This document shows, in pieces, positions 1 through 9,401 of a DNA stretch of 44,537 nucleotides. The notes beneath the pieces are model-generated. The model did not search any database, had not been told where the DNA came from, and saw only the letters and a program-made list of their open reading frames with translations. Within the stretch, counting starts at the first letter, position 1; every line of letters starts with the position of its first letter. The translations under genes were made by a program, and so were the position numbers. The DNA is from Chthoniobacteraceae bacterium (lineage in GTDB: Bacteria > Verrucomicrobiota > Verrucomicrobiia > Chthoniobacterales > Chthoniobacteraceae): the NCBI GenBank assembly GCA_031409335.1, contig JANNWY010000041.1:1-44537 (forward strand), in the 5' to 3' direction.

Positions 1-147
1 CGGGTGCTCAAACGCCGTCCCAAACCCTATCAATACCTTACCCGCCCGCGACACCTCATGCGCGTCTCCCCCTCCCGCAACAACAAGGGCAAGCCTCGAA
101 AAGCTAACCCAATCTCTTCCCTTAATTGAGCGACATTAGGGCCCGGG

Positions 148-750
148 ATGGCTTCCTACCCAGCGCCTCCCGGGCTCAGCAAACGGTCCGCGCAATGGAA
201 GCGCGAACGGGTCATTGCCGCCGGGATGAAATTTTTCGGTTACCCCTATCAGCATCACCACATTCCAGAGTGGGAGCCGCCCCGGGCGGCCAACAAAGGA
301 ACCAAGGGGGTTGATTGCTCCAACTTCGCCGCCTTTATCTACAACTTTGCACTCGGCATCCAGATTCCCAGCGGTATCGGCAAGCTCGGCGGAATAACCC
401 AAGCGAGTGGGCCCGGCAGCGGCCACACGACTCCAGTTGAGCGGATCGAATTACCCAAAGACTTGGCATCCTACGCCAAAGTGCTGCGCACTGGAGACCT
501 TCTCATCATGAAGAGCAACACGGGCTATGCAAAACACGTGGTCCTGTGGGTCGGTGACATGGGCAAATCTCCCGATAAGCACAATTTGATCCTCGACAGC
601 TCCGGCAACATCGCTGGGGATGCGAATGGGCAGGCGGTTCCGAATGGGATCTACCTTCGTGCCATTTGGCAGGGAAATTGGTATTTCGGACAAGCCAGTC
701 GCGCCCTTCGGGTCATTGCCGACGATAGCCCGGCGCGCGTCGGCAAGTAG
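148..750 (+). CDS. NlpC/P60-family cysteine peptidase (N-terminus probably truncated or disrupted)
   Basis: GYPYQ...GVDCSNF (catalytic Cys), LRTGDLL and HVVLWVG (catalytic His). An in-frame TGA at 127-129 lies just upstream and no signal peptide is visible. Confidence 0.75.
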   Translation: MASYPAPPGLSKRSAQWKRERVIAAGMKFFGYPYQHHHIPEWEPPRAANKGTKGVDCSNFAAFIYNFALGIQIPSGIGKLGGITQASGPGSGHTTPVERIELPKDLASYAKVLRTGDLLIMKSNTGYAKHVVLWVGDMGKSPDKHNLILDSSGNIAGDANGQAVPNGIYLRAIWQGNWYFGQASRALRVIADDSPARVGK

Positions 751-816
751 TTTGGACGAAAGAAAAGTTCGGCAGACAGCCCAAACTATTGCTCAATTCC
801 ATTCCAAATAAAAAAA

Positions 817-1614
817 ATGCACAAACGATTTTACTTCCGTGCTCTTTTCCTCGCCGCCGCCTGCTGGTTCGGGTGTCTCGGCGGTCGATCTTCCTTTGCG
901 GATCAACCAGCCGCGGACCCGCGTGAAACCAGTCCGCGCAAGCCGCTCATCGGCATTGCGAGCCTGACCGATGGCAACTACGTCCGCGCAATCCGGGAAT
1001 CGGGAGCCATCCCGGTGATCCTCCCCAATACGGGCGGCAATACCGCGATGATTGACGCGTATCTCGAAACGCTCGACGGCCTGCTCATGCCGGGCGGCCC
1101 GGACATTCCGCCATCCGAGTGGAACGAGGAGCCTCACCCCGCGACGAAGGTTCTCGACGAGGATCGTTACCAGTTTGAAAAGGCGCTCATCTCGGCGTGG
1201 ATCAAACGAACCAAGAAACCGCTTCTCGGAATTTGTCTCGGTAGCCAATGGATCAACGTCGCCCAAGGAGGATCATTCGTGCAGGACATCCCCTCGGAAT
1301 TCAACGTGAACCACCGTGACACCACACATCCAGTCACGCTCGAAGCCGATTCCAAGCTGGCCGGTATTTTTGGAGAAACGAAATTCGAAGTGAACTCCTC
1401 CCATCACCAAGCGGTGCGCAAGCTGGGTGAAGGGCTCCGCATCGTGGCGAAGAGCCCGGATGGCATCGTGGAAGCGACCGAAACCACCGACCCCAATCGC
1501 GTTCTCATCGGGGTCCAATGGCACCCGGAAAAACTATTCCAGACAGACCCGCGGCAGCAGAAGCTGTTCAAGGCATTCATCGAGGCCGCTGCGAAGAACC
1601 ACTCGACAAAATGA
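817..1614 (+). CDS. Gamma-glutamyl-gamma-aminobutyrate hydrolase family / peptidase C26 (class I glutamine amidotransferase-like), with signal peptide
   Basis: LMPGGPD, LGICLGSQ (nucleophile Cys), VNSSHHQAV and GVQWHPE (His-Glu) motifs; basic-hydrophobic N-terminus. Confidence 0.9.
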   Translation: MHKRFYFRALFLAAACWFGCLGGRSSFADQPAADPRETSPRKPLIGIASLTDGNYVRAIRESGAIPVILPNTGGNTAMIDAYLETLDGLLMPGGPDIPPSEWNEEPHPATKVLDEDRYQFEKALISAWIKRTKKPLLGICLGSQWINVAQGGSFVQDIPSEFNVNHRDTTHPVTLEADSKLAGIFGETKFEVNSSHHQAVRKLGEGLRIVAKSPDGIVEATETTDPNRVLIGVQWHPEKLFQTDPRQQKLFKAFIEAAAKNHSTK

Positions 1615-3968
1615 AGGGACTCGGGACAGCCATCATAGGCCTGCTCTTTTTATCCGCGTCACTGCTTGCCGCTGCTGAACCCGGCGCGCCTGTCGGGAAG
1701 TTTCAACAACTGGACCCGACGGTGCCGACGCCTTCGGCCCAGCGTCTGGCCTCGGGCGCACCGGGTGCGGGCTACTGGCAGAACTCGGCGGACTATGACA
1801 TCAGCGTGGAGCTGGATGATGTGAAACGAACCATCACGGCGGAGGCTACGGTGACGTATCACAATGCTTCACCGGATTCGCTCAGCTACCTTTGGGTGCA
1901 GCTCGATCAGAATTATTTTTCGCACAACTCGGATTCGCGGCTGGCGCCGAACACGAAGCGGGGAGTGGACCCCGGCAAGATCAGCTATTCGGCGCTGGAC
2001 CGCCTGCTGGCATACGAAACGTACGACGGCGAGCTGAAGATCAGCAAGCTGACCGACGCTCAGGGCAATGCTCTGCCCCACGCGGTGGTGAAGACGATGC
2101 TGCGACTCGATATGCCCGCGCCGCTGCCTGCGGGCGGAAGTTTTGTGTTCAAGATCGCGTGGAGTTTCCCGATCAATGATTGCAAGCGTGTGAGTGCGCG
2201 GACGGGGTACGAGTTCTTCGATGAGGATGGGAATTGCATCTACACCATCGCGCAGTGGTTCCCCCGGATGGCGGCTTACACGGACTACGCAAGCTGGATC
2301 AACAAGCAGTTCCTCGGCACCGGCGAGTTCATGCTCGAGTTTGGCAACTACAAAGTCAGCCTCACCGTGCCGGAGGATCACATCGTCGCGGCGACGGGTG
2401 TTTTGCAGAACGCGGACGTTGTTTTGACTGACACACAGCGCGAGCGGCTCAAGCAGGCGCAGAATGAGCTGAAGAAACCGGTGTTCATCGCCACACCGGA
2501 GGAAGCGAAGGCGGCGGAAAAGGGAAAGCCCAAGGGCAAGAAGACCTGGGTGTTTCAGGCGGAAAAAGTGCGTGATTTTGCCTTCGCCTCATCGCGCAAG
2601 TTTGCGTGGGACGCGATGGCGGTCGAAGGCGCGAGCGTGAATGGCAAGCCGGTGCTGGCGATGTCACTTTACCCGAAAGAAGCCATGCCGCTGTGGGACA
2701 AGTATTCGACTCACGCCATTGCGCACACGATCCAGACTTTCTCGCGCTACACCTTCGCGTATCCGTACCCGGTCGCGTGGTCGATTAACGGGCCGGTGGG
2801 CGGCATGGAATACCCGATGATCTGTTTCAATGGGCCGCGCCCGGAGAAAGACGGCACTTATCCCGAGAAGACAAAGTATGCGCTCATCGGCGTGGTGATC
2901 CATGAAGTGGGGCACAACTATTTCCCGATGATCGTGAACAGCGACGAGCGGCAGTGGACGTGGTTGGACGAGGGAATAAACTCTCTTTTGGAATACCTGA
3001 CCGAAGAGGAGTGGGGCAAAGACTGGCAGCATCGTCGCGACGAGCGCGGCATGGTGGACTACATGCGCCGCACGGATCGCGTGCCGGTGATGACAAACTC
3101 GGAGTCCATCGCCGACCTTGGCCCCAACGCCTACGGCCAACCAACTGCCGCGCTGAATATTTTGCGCGAGCACGTCCTCGGTCGCGAAGCCTTCGACCAC
3201 GCCTTCAAGACTTACGCGAACCGCTGGATGTTCAAGCGCCCCACGCCGAGTGATTTCTTCCGCACGATGGAAGATGCCAGCGGCGTGGATCTCGACTGGT
3301 TTTGGCGCGGATGGTTTTACAGCGTCGATCACGTCGATGTGTCGATCGATGAAGTGAAGTGGCTTCAACTCGACACGCGCGATCCCGCCATCGAGAAGAA
3401 GAAAAAGAAACAGGAGGAAGACGAGCTGCCAAAAACCACCACCAAGGCACTCAACGAACCGCTGCCGAAGCGCGTGGATCGATTTCCCGAGTTGAAGGAC
3501 TTCTATGACAGCTTCGACGAAACCACCGTGCTGCCGAGTGAGAAAAAGAAGTTCGATACGCTCATCAAGGAGCTCATCGAAGAGGAGATCGACCCGAAGC
3601 TGCTGCAAACGAAGCACAACTTCTACGCAATCCAGCTACGCAACGTCGGCGGGCTCATCACGCCGGTCATTTTGAAGTTCGAATACACCGACGGCAGCGC
3701 GGAAGAATTGAAACTGCCCGCCGAAGTCTGGCGCTTCAACACCGAGAAAACCTCCAAACTGCTGTTCACAAAGAAAGAGCTGAAATCCATCACCTTCGAC
3801 CCGCGCCAGGAACTCGTGGACACCGACGTGGAAAACAACTTCTGGCCCCGCCGTCCTGTGAAAAGCAAATTCCAACTCTTCAAGGAAGACAAGCCCGCCA
3901 ACCCGATGCGCGAGATCACCAAACCGGAGAAGAAGGACGACAAGAAGGATGCAGGGGAGGCAAAGTGA
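1611..3968 (+). CDS. Exported M1-family zinc aminopeptidase
   Basis: GGMEYP exopeptidase motif and HEVGH-x18-E (WLDEG) zinc motif. Start placed at ATG 1611, which overlaps the upstream stop (ATGA) and gives signal peptide MKGLGTAIIGLLFLSASLLAAA. Confidence 0.92.
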   Translation: MKGLGTAIIGLLFLSASLLAAAEPGAPVGKFQQLDPTVPTPSAQRLASGAPGAGYWQNSADYDISVELDDVKRTITAEATVTYHNASPDSLSYLWVQLDQNYFSHNSDSRLAPNTKRGVDPGKISYSALDRLLAYETYDGELKISKLTDAQGNALPHAVVKTMLRLDMPAPLPAGGSFVFKIAWSFPINDCKRVSARTGYEFFDEDGNCIYTIAQWFPRMAAYTDYASWINKQFLGTGEFMLEFGNYKVSLTVPEDHIVAATGVLQNADVVLTDTQRERLKQAQNELKKPVFIATPEEAKAAEKGKPKGKKTWVFQAEKVRDFAFASSRKFAWDAMAVEGASVNGKPVLAMSLYPKEAMPLWDKYSTHAIAHTIQTFSRYTFAYPYPVAWSINGPVGGMEYPMICFNGPRPEKDGTYPEKTKYALIGVVIHEVGHNYFPMIVNSDERQWTWLDEGINSLLEYLTEEEWGKDWQHRRDERGMVDYMRRTDRVPVMTNSESIADLGPNAYGQPTAALNILREHVLGREAFDHAFKTYANRWMFKRPTPSDFFRTMEDASGVDLDWFWRGWFYSVDHVDVSIDEVKWLQLDTRDPAIEKKKKKQEEDELPKTTTKALNEPLPKRVDRFPELKDFYDSFDETTVLPSEKKKFDTLIKELIEEEIDPKLLQTKHNFYAIQLRNVGGLITPVILKFEYTDGSAEELKLPAEVWRFNTEKTSKLLFTKKELKSITFDPRQELVDTDVENNFWPRRPVKSKFQLFKEDKPANPMREITKPEKKDDKKDAGEAK

Positions 3969-4001
3969 TTTGAGGCCGATCCCAAACTCGATCATACCCC
4001 A

Positions 4002-4420
4002 ATGAAAACAATACCTCCGCACCGCCTCCGGGGCAGAAGACGCGTCGAACAAAAAGCCCGCGATCTCGGTCACTGCCAGCGGACTGCCGATTATTCTCTC
4101 CGCTCCCCACGGCTAATGGGACGCTGTTTCCGATGTTCCTCCTCGGCAGGGAAAAGGCGTGAGCAAATGCCAACCCAAGTTTGATGCCGATACAGACTGG
4201 CTCACAGAAGAGTTGACCGATGCCATCGCCAGAATATCTGGCAAACGCCCCTACGTGGTGATCGCACAATTCCATCGCAAGTGCATTGATGCCAACCGCC
4301 CTCCCGAACTCGCCTACGAGTCGGACCTATCCAAGGCTGCTTACATGCTTGCCAGCAAGCGCTCGGAGCAGCCCGCAAGGAAATCATCGAACGATGGGGC
4401 AGCGGCAATCTGCTAGTGTA
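4002..4420 (+). pseudogene. Degraded N-formylglutamate amidohydrolase-like gene
   Basis: Frame 1 reads LPIILSAPHG*(TAA 4114-4116)WDAVSDVPPRQGKG...DADTDWLTEEL...GKRPYVVIAQFHRKCIDANRPPELAYE. It frameshifts near 4345 into QQALGAARKEIIERWGSGNLL, then stops. Confidence 0.7.
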
Positions 4421-4472
4421 GTCCGTCAAGCAGATTGCACTGTATCGAGCTTGCAGCGATGGAACCACCGCT

Positions 4473-4629
4473 TAGCAGCCTGTTGAAGAAGTCTCCGACT
4501 CCTATTCTGAACTCCTGCTCTTGATCTTGATCCTCCGTTTTACAGAGAAACCAACCCTCGAATTGGGATCACGATCAGGAGCAAGAGCAGGATCAAGAGC
4601 CCACCCCGCGGTTTTTCAATAAGCTGCTA
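4473..4629. mobile_element. MITE-like palindromic element with terminal inverted repeats and internal inverted hexamer repeats
   Basis: Left end TAGCAGCCTGTTGAAGAA matches the reverse complement of the right end (TAGCAGCTTATTGAAAAA) at 15/18. Internal CTCCTGCTCTTGATCTTGATCC pairs with GGATCACGATCAGGAGCAAGAG. The ends sit in TTAG and CTAG. Confidence 0.65.
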
Positions 4630-4866
4630 GTGCGCGGCCTCTGCGGCAATCTTCATCGCCATTGTTAGGCTTAACATCTACGCTTGCGACGCGCTCAAGG
4701 ATCCTCCTATCAAGTGGGATTGAAAGTCCTACTCACCCTCAATTTCCAACTCTGAAAACATCCTGATTTATCATGCCCGGAGAAATCGAAGGGCGGTAAG
4801 AGCGACAGGAGCGAGTGTGGTATTCACGCGGGACATTTTGCGTTACCGGGTCGAGTGATGAGCTAG

Positions 4867-7800
4867 CTATTCTGATGTGAGATAGATGCGGAAGAACTGG
4901 CGGACGGTGTTGGTTCGGACTTCCCAGACGAGCACTTCGTTTGCGCCTTCGGTGCCGCGGCTCACGAGCGAGGCGGCGGGTGATGGCGGCTGCCATGTGG
5001 TCAGGTTTAGTGAGGTGTGGAGCTGGTCGGCGATGTGGTCTGCGCCGAGGGGGCGGGATTGGCTGAGGCGGATCACTAATGGGGTGACAGACTGGACGCT
5101 GAGCGTGGCTCCCGCTTCGGTGATGAGATCGCCGTTGCCGGGCGCGCTGGTGTCGCTGGTGGCGGGATTTCCGCCGGGGGCGATGGATGCGCGCCAGTTG
5201 ACGGGATTGGCGGTGTCGCCGCCGCGATAGACGAGGGAGCGGCCTGCGCCGTCGGCTTCGGCGGGCCACTGCGCGGTGTCGTCGTATTGCACCGAAAACA
5301 CGACGAAGCCGGAGCCATCGGTGAGCGTGAGGGTCTCGCCGCCGTTGTCGAGCGAGGTGGCGTTTTGGAAAATGCCCGCGATGCGTGCGTTGTGCGCGGT
5401 GCCATAGATGGACTGGAACGCGGCGAGGTCGCGCACGATGAGCAGTCGCTCGCCTGCGGCCAATGTGGTGAGGCTGCTGTTGGCGTCGAAATTAAAATTC
5501 ACACCGTTGGTGAAGTGCAGGCCGGCGAGCGAGACGGTGAAGGCGCCGCGATTTACCAGCTCGATGAACTCGGCGAGCGGATTGGTCGGCGGATTATACA
5601 TGAGTTCGCTGAGCACGAGGTCGCTCGCTCCCACGGTGAAGAAGGCTTCGGTTAGCGCGGACCATTCGCCGCCGCCGGAGCGGGCGCGGGCTTTGACTGT
5701 GGTGCTTTGGTTTAGCGTGGTCGTCGTGGCGGTTTGCGCGGCGGGATTGATGGCGCCGCCTGCGAGCCGTGGGTCGCTGCCGTCGATGGTGAAGTAAATC
5801 GTGGCCGCTGCGGTGAGGGTGAGTTGGAAGCCGCGAGGCACGCGTCCGCCGTAGCTGGAAAAGTCCGGCGCGCTGGTCGCGGGGTAGAGCCCGGCGGTTC
5901 GCAATTGCGCTAGCACGATGCCGCTGCGCTGCGGGAAATACGTGCCAAGCAGCCATTGCTGCACGGGCAGGAAATGGGTGTCGCGAGTGAAGAGTGCGAA
6001 TTGCGCGGACGGCCATACGCCGGGGTCCACATCGCGGCGGAAGTCGCCCCAGCGCGCGGACTCGGCGACGACGGCCTGCGTGATGGCAGGGGCACGCGCC
6101 ATCCATGTCGCCGCACTTTGCGCTGCGGTAAGCGCGCCGCCATTGAAGAAATGTCTGCGCACACGGTCGGCATAGCGGAGACGATACTCGGCATTGGTCG
6201 CGAGCTGCATCTGGAGGCCAGTGGGATTGCGGTTCAGGTTCTTGGTGGTGACATCGGTGCTGAGTGTCGTGCTTTCAAAAACCGGCGGCGGATTGAACGC
6301 ACCACCGGCAACGTGCGAGATGGCAAACTCGGCGTCCCACGGGAAAAAGAGATACGTTGCTCCAGCGACCCGCTTCCGCGCAGCGCGCCAGTTGTGCGAG
6401 TCCCAGTCGCGATTGCCGATGTAGGCGTTGAGCATCATGTAATCAATGAACGCATCCACATCCAGATACTGCTGGATGGCGGCGTAGGTCGCGGGCGCGG
6501 TGATGGTGCCGTAGGCGAGGTCCATCATGGCATTGAAAGCGACCAAATCGCCATCCGTCGCGACGGCGGAATTCACGGTATCGTAGTCGGTGGAAAGCCC
6601 GCCGAAATAGTTTGCCATGTGGTCGGCATCGGGCCGCTCGTGCAGGTCGTAGAGACCCCAGTAGATGCCATTCAAAAAGAGATGCACCCAGCGGCCACGC
6701 ATCCCATTTCCACCCATGGCGAGGAAGAGGTCGCTTGCCCATTGGTCGCGCCCATACTGCGCGTAGGCGCACTGATAGTAGTGGCGGTGCATCCAGCCGA
6801 AATTGTATTCCGGGCGGAGTTGGAGGTAGTCGAACTCCGTCGCCGCTCCGGCTCCATGCGGCGTATTGGTGTAGAGCGGATACTGGAGTTTCGCATCGCC
6901 GTATTCGCCGCGGAAGCGCAGCGAGAGCGAGTGTTTCGGCGTATCCACACTCCGCGAACTGCTACCCTGAATGCGCACTCCGCCGTTGATTTGAAAGCCC
7001 GCCTCGCCCGCAGTTTCCGGCAGAAGCTCGATGGACACAGGCCGTTCCCACTCCGGTCCGTCCTCAAGCGGTTGCTGATAAATGCCCGTGGCTGGGTCGA
7101 AAAATGCGCCCGGTGTAAATGTGAGCGATAGCGTGGCCAGCGCGCCGAAGGCTTCGTCGAACTGGTCCGCGTAAGCCGGATTGCCCACCACTTCTGGGTC
7201 CATCGCGTAGTCTGCCGTGCGCCCGCCCCACGTCGCCGGATAGCCCGCTGGAGCTGCTGGCTGCGTGAGCACATTGCCGAGGAAAAAGTAACTCTGCGAG
7301 TCCACATTCGTCGCTTGAAATTCGGCCTTGTAAGCGATGGCCCGCAGGATGGTGGTGGCGGTGATATTGAGCGGCGCGGTGTAAATCGTCCCACTCGTTT
7401 CCGTGGGCGGCGTGCCATCGAGCGTGTAGCGGATGCTCGCGCCCGGCGTGAGTGTCGTGATGGCCACGGCGAACGGCGCTGTCTTCCATCCGCGCTTCAC
7501 GGAAAACTGCGTATCCGCGACAAGGCCCGCGACGGACGGCGTGCCATTCGCCGCGCGCGGCGTCGGCTGCGTGAACCACGCAAACACAGGCGGCGCGACC
7601 TGCGGGCCAGTCATCACTTCGCCATAGCTGGCATCCGTGCGGGACGCGGCAAGCGCGGGCGCGAACTCCTGCAACAGCGCACCCTGTGCGTTGCGAAACG
7701 CGAGATACTCGCCGTTGTTATTCAGCGAAAAAGTGGTGTGCAAATTCCCCAGCGTGTCCACGAAACCCGGCGCGCTGCTCGATGCAAAGACGACGAGGTA

Positions 7801-9387
7801 GCCGCCCGCGGGAATCGTGGTGCCAGCGGGAAAAGCCCAAAGCGTTGGCAGCGCGGGATTATCCGTCAGCGTGTAGCCCGCGATGTCTCGCGGCGTCGTG
7901 TCGGGGTTGAAAATTTCGATCCAATCCGAAGCGCGTCCCAACCCATCGGTGAGGCCACTGGAGTTTGCCGCGACAATCTCCGTGATGCGCGGCGGGCCAC
8001 TGGTTGTCACATTGACGAGCGCGGTGGCAGAGGAAGTCCCGAAGCTGTTCGTCGCGACGAGTTGGTAGGTCGTGTTGGACGCAGGGTTTTGAACGCTCGA
8101 TGTCTGCGCGGTTACATTGAGCGCCCCGGGATTGAGCGTCAGCGTGGTCGCGCCCGTGGTGGTCCAATTCAGCGTCACCGCGCCACCGGGGACGACCAGC
8201 GGCGACGATGCGTTGAAGCTCTGAATGACCGGAGCCGTGCCGATTGCCACCGTGATTTGCTTGTTGCGCACGGCACCATTTTTCGTGGCAGAAAGTGTGA
8301 ACGTGGTGGTCGCCGTGGGATTGACCACGGTGGAGCCAGCGCCGCCAGTCGTGAGCGGCAGCACATTTACCGGAGCATTGATGCCATCAGAAAGTGTGAG
8401 CGCGGAAAGCCCGGCAGCCACCGTCCAGTTCAGCGTGACCGGACTGCCGCTGACGATCGGCGAGGCGCTCGCGGTGAAGGTCGGGATGAGTTCCTCCAAC
8501 TGCGGCCCGAGATTATAGACCGCCGCCAGTTGCACATTGGAGAGCACGCCATTGCTGTCGGCGTTGTCGAAAAACGCGAGGTTGTCCACGTAGCCATTAA
8601 GATTGTTGATGCTGTTCGCAGCCGGGACTTCCGCGCCGATGAGCGTGGCGATGGCGTGAGGCGTGAGCATCGCTCCCGTCGCCAGCGTCGTCAGCTTTTC
8701 CGTGGCTGCGGCAATCTGCACATCCGTCACCGTGGCCGGCGTGCCATCGATGACGGTGAGCGCAAATTTATCCGTGGCCGAAGTGCTGTCGTAGCGAAAG
8801 GCGGCGAAGTACCACTTGCCGTCGGTCTGCAACACGGTGGAGTGCGTGAGCTGGGAATTGGCAGCCGCGCCCGAGCGCACCATTGCGCGCACCCGGTTGC
8901 CAGTCCCGCCGGTATCGATGCGGATGCCATGCTGCGTGTTTGCATTGCCCGACTGCGATTCCAAAAAACGCGCGAACGTGTTTGCCGTGTTCAATCGGAA
9001 CCAAAACGAAATCGTGAACTTGTCGGTCGGCTGCACTGCCGCCGCATTGCCGAGATTCAGCGCGCCGCCGGAAGTCGTGTTCGGACGGATAAAGCGATAG
9101 GCAGTGCCAAACGCTGGACGCGTCGAAGGCTCGCCGCGCAAGACGCGAGTCAGCGCCACATCCGCATCGTAGCCCACGAGCGAAGCCGAGCCGCCGCCAA
9201 CAATCTCCAGCGCATTTGCCGGGGTAGCGTGCGCTTCATCCAACTGATACCAAGCCGCCAACCGCGCCGAAGCGGGCGTGGCCATGACGATGAGCACCAG
9301 CGCGGTGACGGCGAGCCTGAGAAGACTGGGGAGGAAGCGGGTTTGTTTCAAAATGGAGAACGGATTGCGGGAAACAGGTGTCTCCAT
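4867..9387 (-). CDS. Large exported protein: LamG-like, Ig-like repeats, lamin tail domains, chitobiase/Fn3-associated domains and CotH kinase
   Basis: Signal peptide ending ...MATPASA. LamG-like FTISFWF...GYVDNLAFF; LTD motifs PRITEIVAAN...DWIEIFN and LVLSELMYNP; IRYTLDGTPP and IYFTIDGSDP; CotH-like VHLFLNGIYWGLYDLHERPD...DWDSHNW...FFPWDAE. Start set at ATG 9387, just past the upstream sulfatase stop. Confidence 0.85.
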   Translation of the reverse strand: METPVSRNPFSILKQTRFLPSLLRLAVTALVLIVMATPASARLAAWYQLDEAHATPANALEIVGGGSASLVGYDADVALTRVLRGEPSTRPAFGTAYRFIRPNTTSGGALNLGNAAAVQPTDKFTISFWFRLNTANTFARFLESQSGNANTQHGIRIDTGGTGNRVRAMVRSGAAANSQLTHSTVLQTDGKWYFAAFRYDSTSATDKFALTVIDGTPATVTDVQIAAATEKLTTLATGAMLTPHAIATLIGAEVPAANSINNLNGYVDNLAFFDNADSNGVLSNVQLAAVYNLGPQLEELIPTFTASASPIVSGSPVTLNWTVAAGLSALTLSDGINAPVNVLPLTTGGAGSTVVNPTATTTFTLSATKNGAVRNKQITVAIGTAPVIQSFNASSPLVVPGGAVTLNWTTTGATTLTLNPGALNVTAQTSSVQNPASNTTYQLVATNSFGTSSATALVNVTTSGPPRITEIVAANSSGLTDGLGRASDWIEIFNPDTTPRDIAGYTLTDNPALPTLWAFPAGTTIPAGGYLVVFASSSAPGFVDTLGNLHTTFSLNNNGEYLAFRNAQGALLQEFAPALAASRTDASYGEVMTGPQVAPPVFAWFTQPTPRAANGTPSVAGLVADTQFSVKRGWKTAPFAVAITTLTPGASIRYTLDGTPPTETSGTIYTAPLNITATTILRAIAYKAEFQATNVDSQSYFFLGNVLTQPAAPAGYPATWGGRTADYAMDPEVVGNPAYADQFDEAFGALATLSLTFTPGAFFDPATGIYQQPLEDGPEWERPVSIELLPETAGEAGFQINGGVRIQGSSSRSVDTPKHSLSLRFRGEYGDAKLQYPLYTNTPHGAGAATEFDYLQLRPEYNFGWMHRHYYQCAYAQYGRDQWASDLFLAMGGNGMRGRWVHLFLNGIYWGLYDLHERPDADHMANYFGGLSTDYDTVNSAVATDGDLVAFNAMMDLAYGTITAPATYAAIQQYLDVDAFIDYMMLNAYIGNRDWDSHNWRAARKRVAGATYLFFPWDAEFAISHVAGGAFNPPPVFESTTLSTDVTTKNLNRNPTGLQMQLATNAEYRLRYADRVRRHFFNGGALTAAQSAATWMARAPAITQAVVAESARWGDFRRDVDPGVWPSAQFALFTRDTHFLPVQQWLLGTYFPQRSGIVLAQLRTAGLYPATSAPDFSSYGGRVPRGFQLTLTAAATIYFTIDGSDPRLAGGAINPAAQTATTTTLNQSTTVKARARSGGGEWSALTEAFFTVGASDLVLSELMYNPPTNPLAEFIELVNRGAFTVSLAGLHFTNGVNFNFDANSSLTTLAAGERLLIVRDLAAFQSIYGTAHNARIAGIFQNATSLDNGGETLTLTDGSGFVVFSVQYDDTAQWPAEADGAGRSLVYRGGDTANPVNWRASIAPGGNPATSDTSAPGNGDLITEAGATLSVQSVTPLVIRLSQSRPLGADHIADQLHTSLNLTTWQPPSPAASLVSRGTEGANEVLVWEVRTNTVRQFFRIYLTSE

Positions 9388-9401
9388 GGCCGCCTGGTTT
9401 C

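Noticed and set aside
4695..4726. ...CAAGTGGGATTGAAAG resembles a CRISPR repeat 3' end
   Set aside because: Single copy, with no repeat-spacer periodicity and no cas genes in the window.
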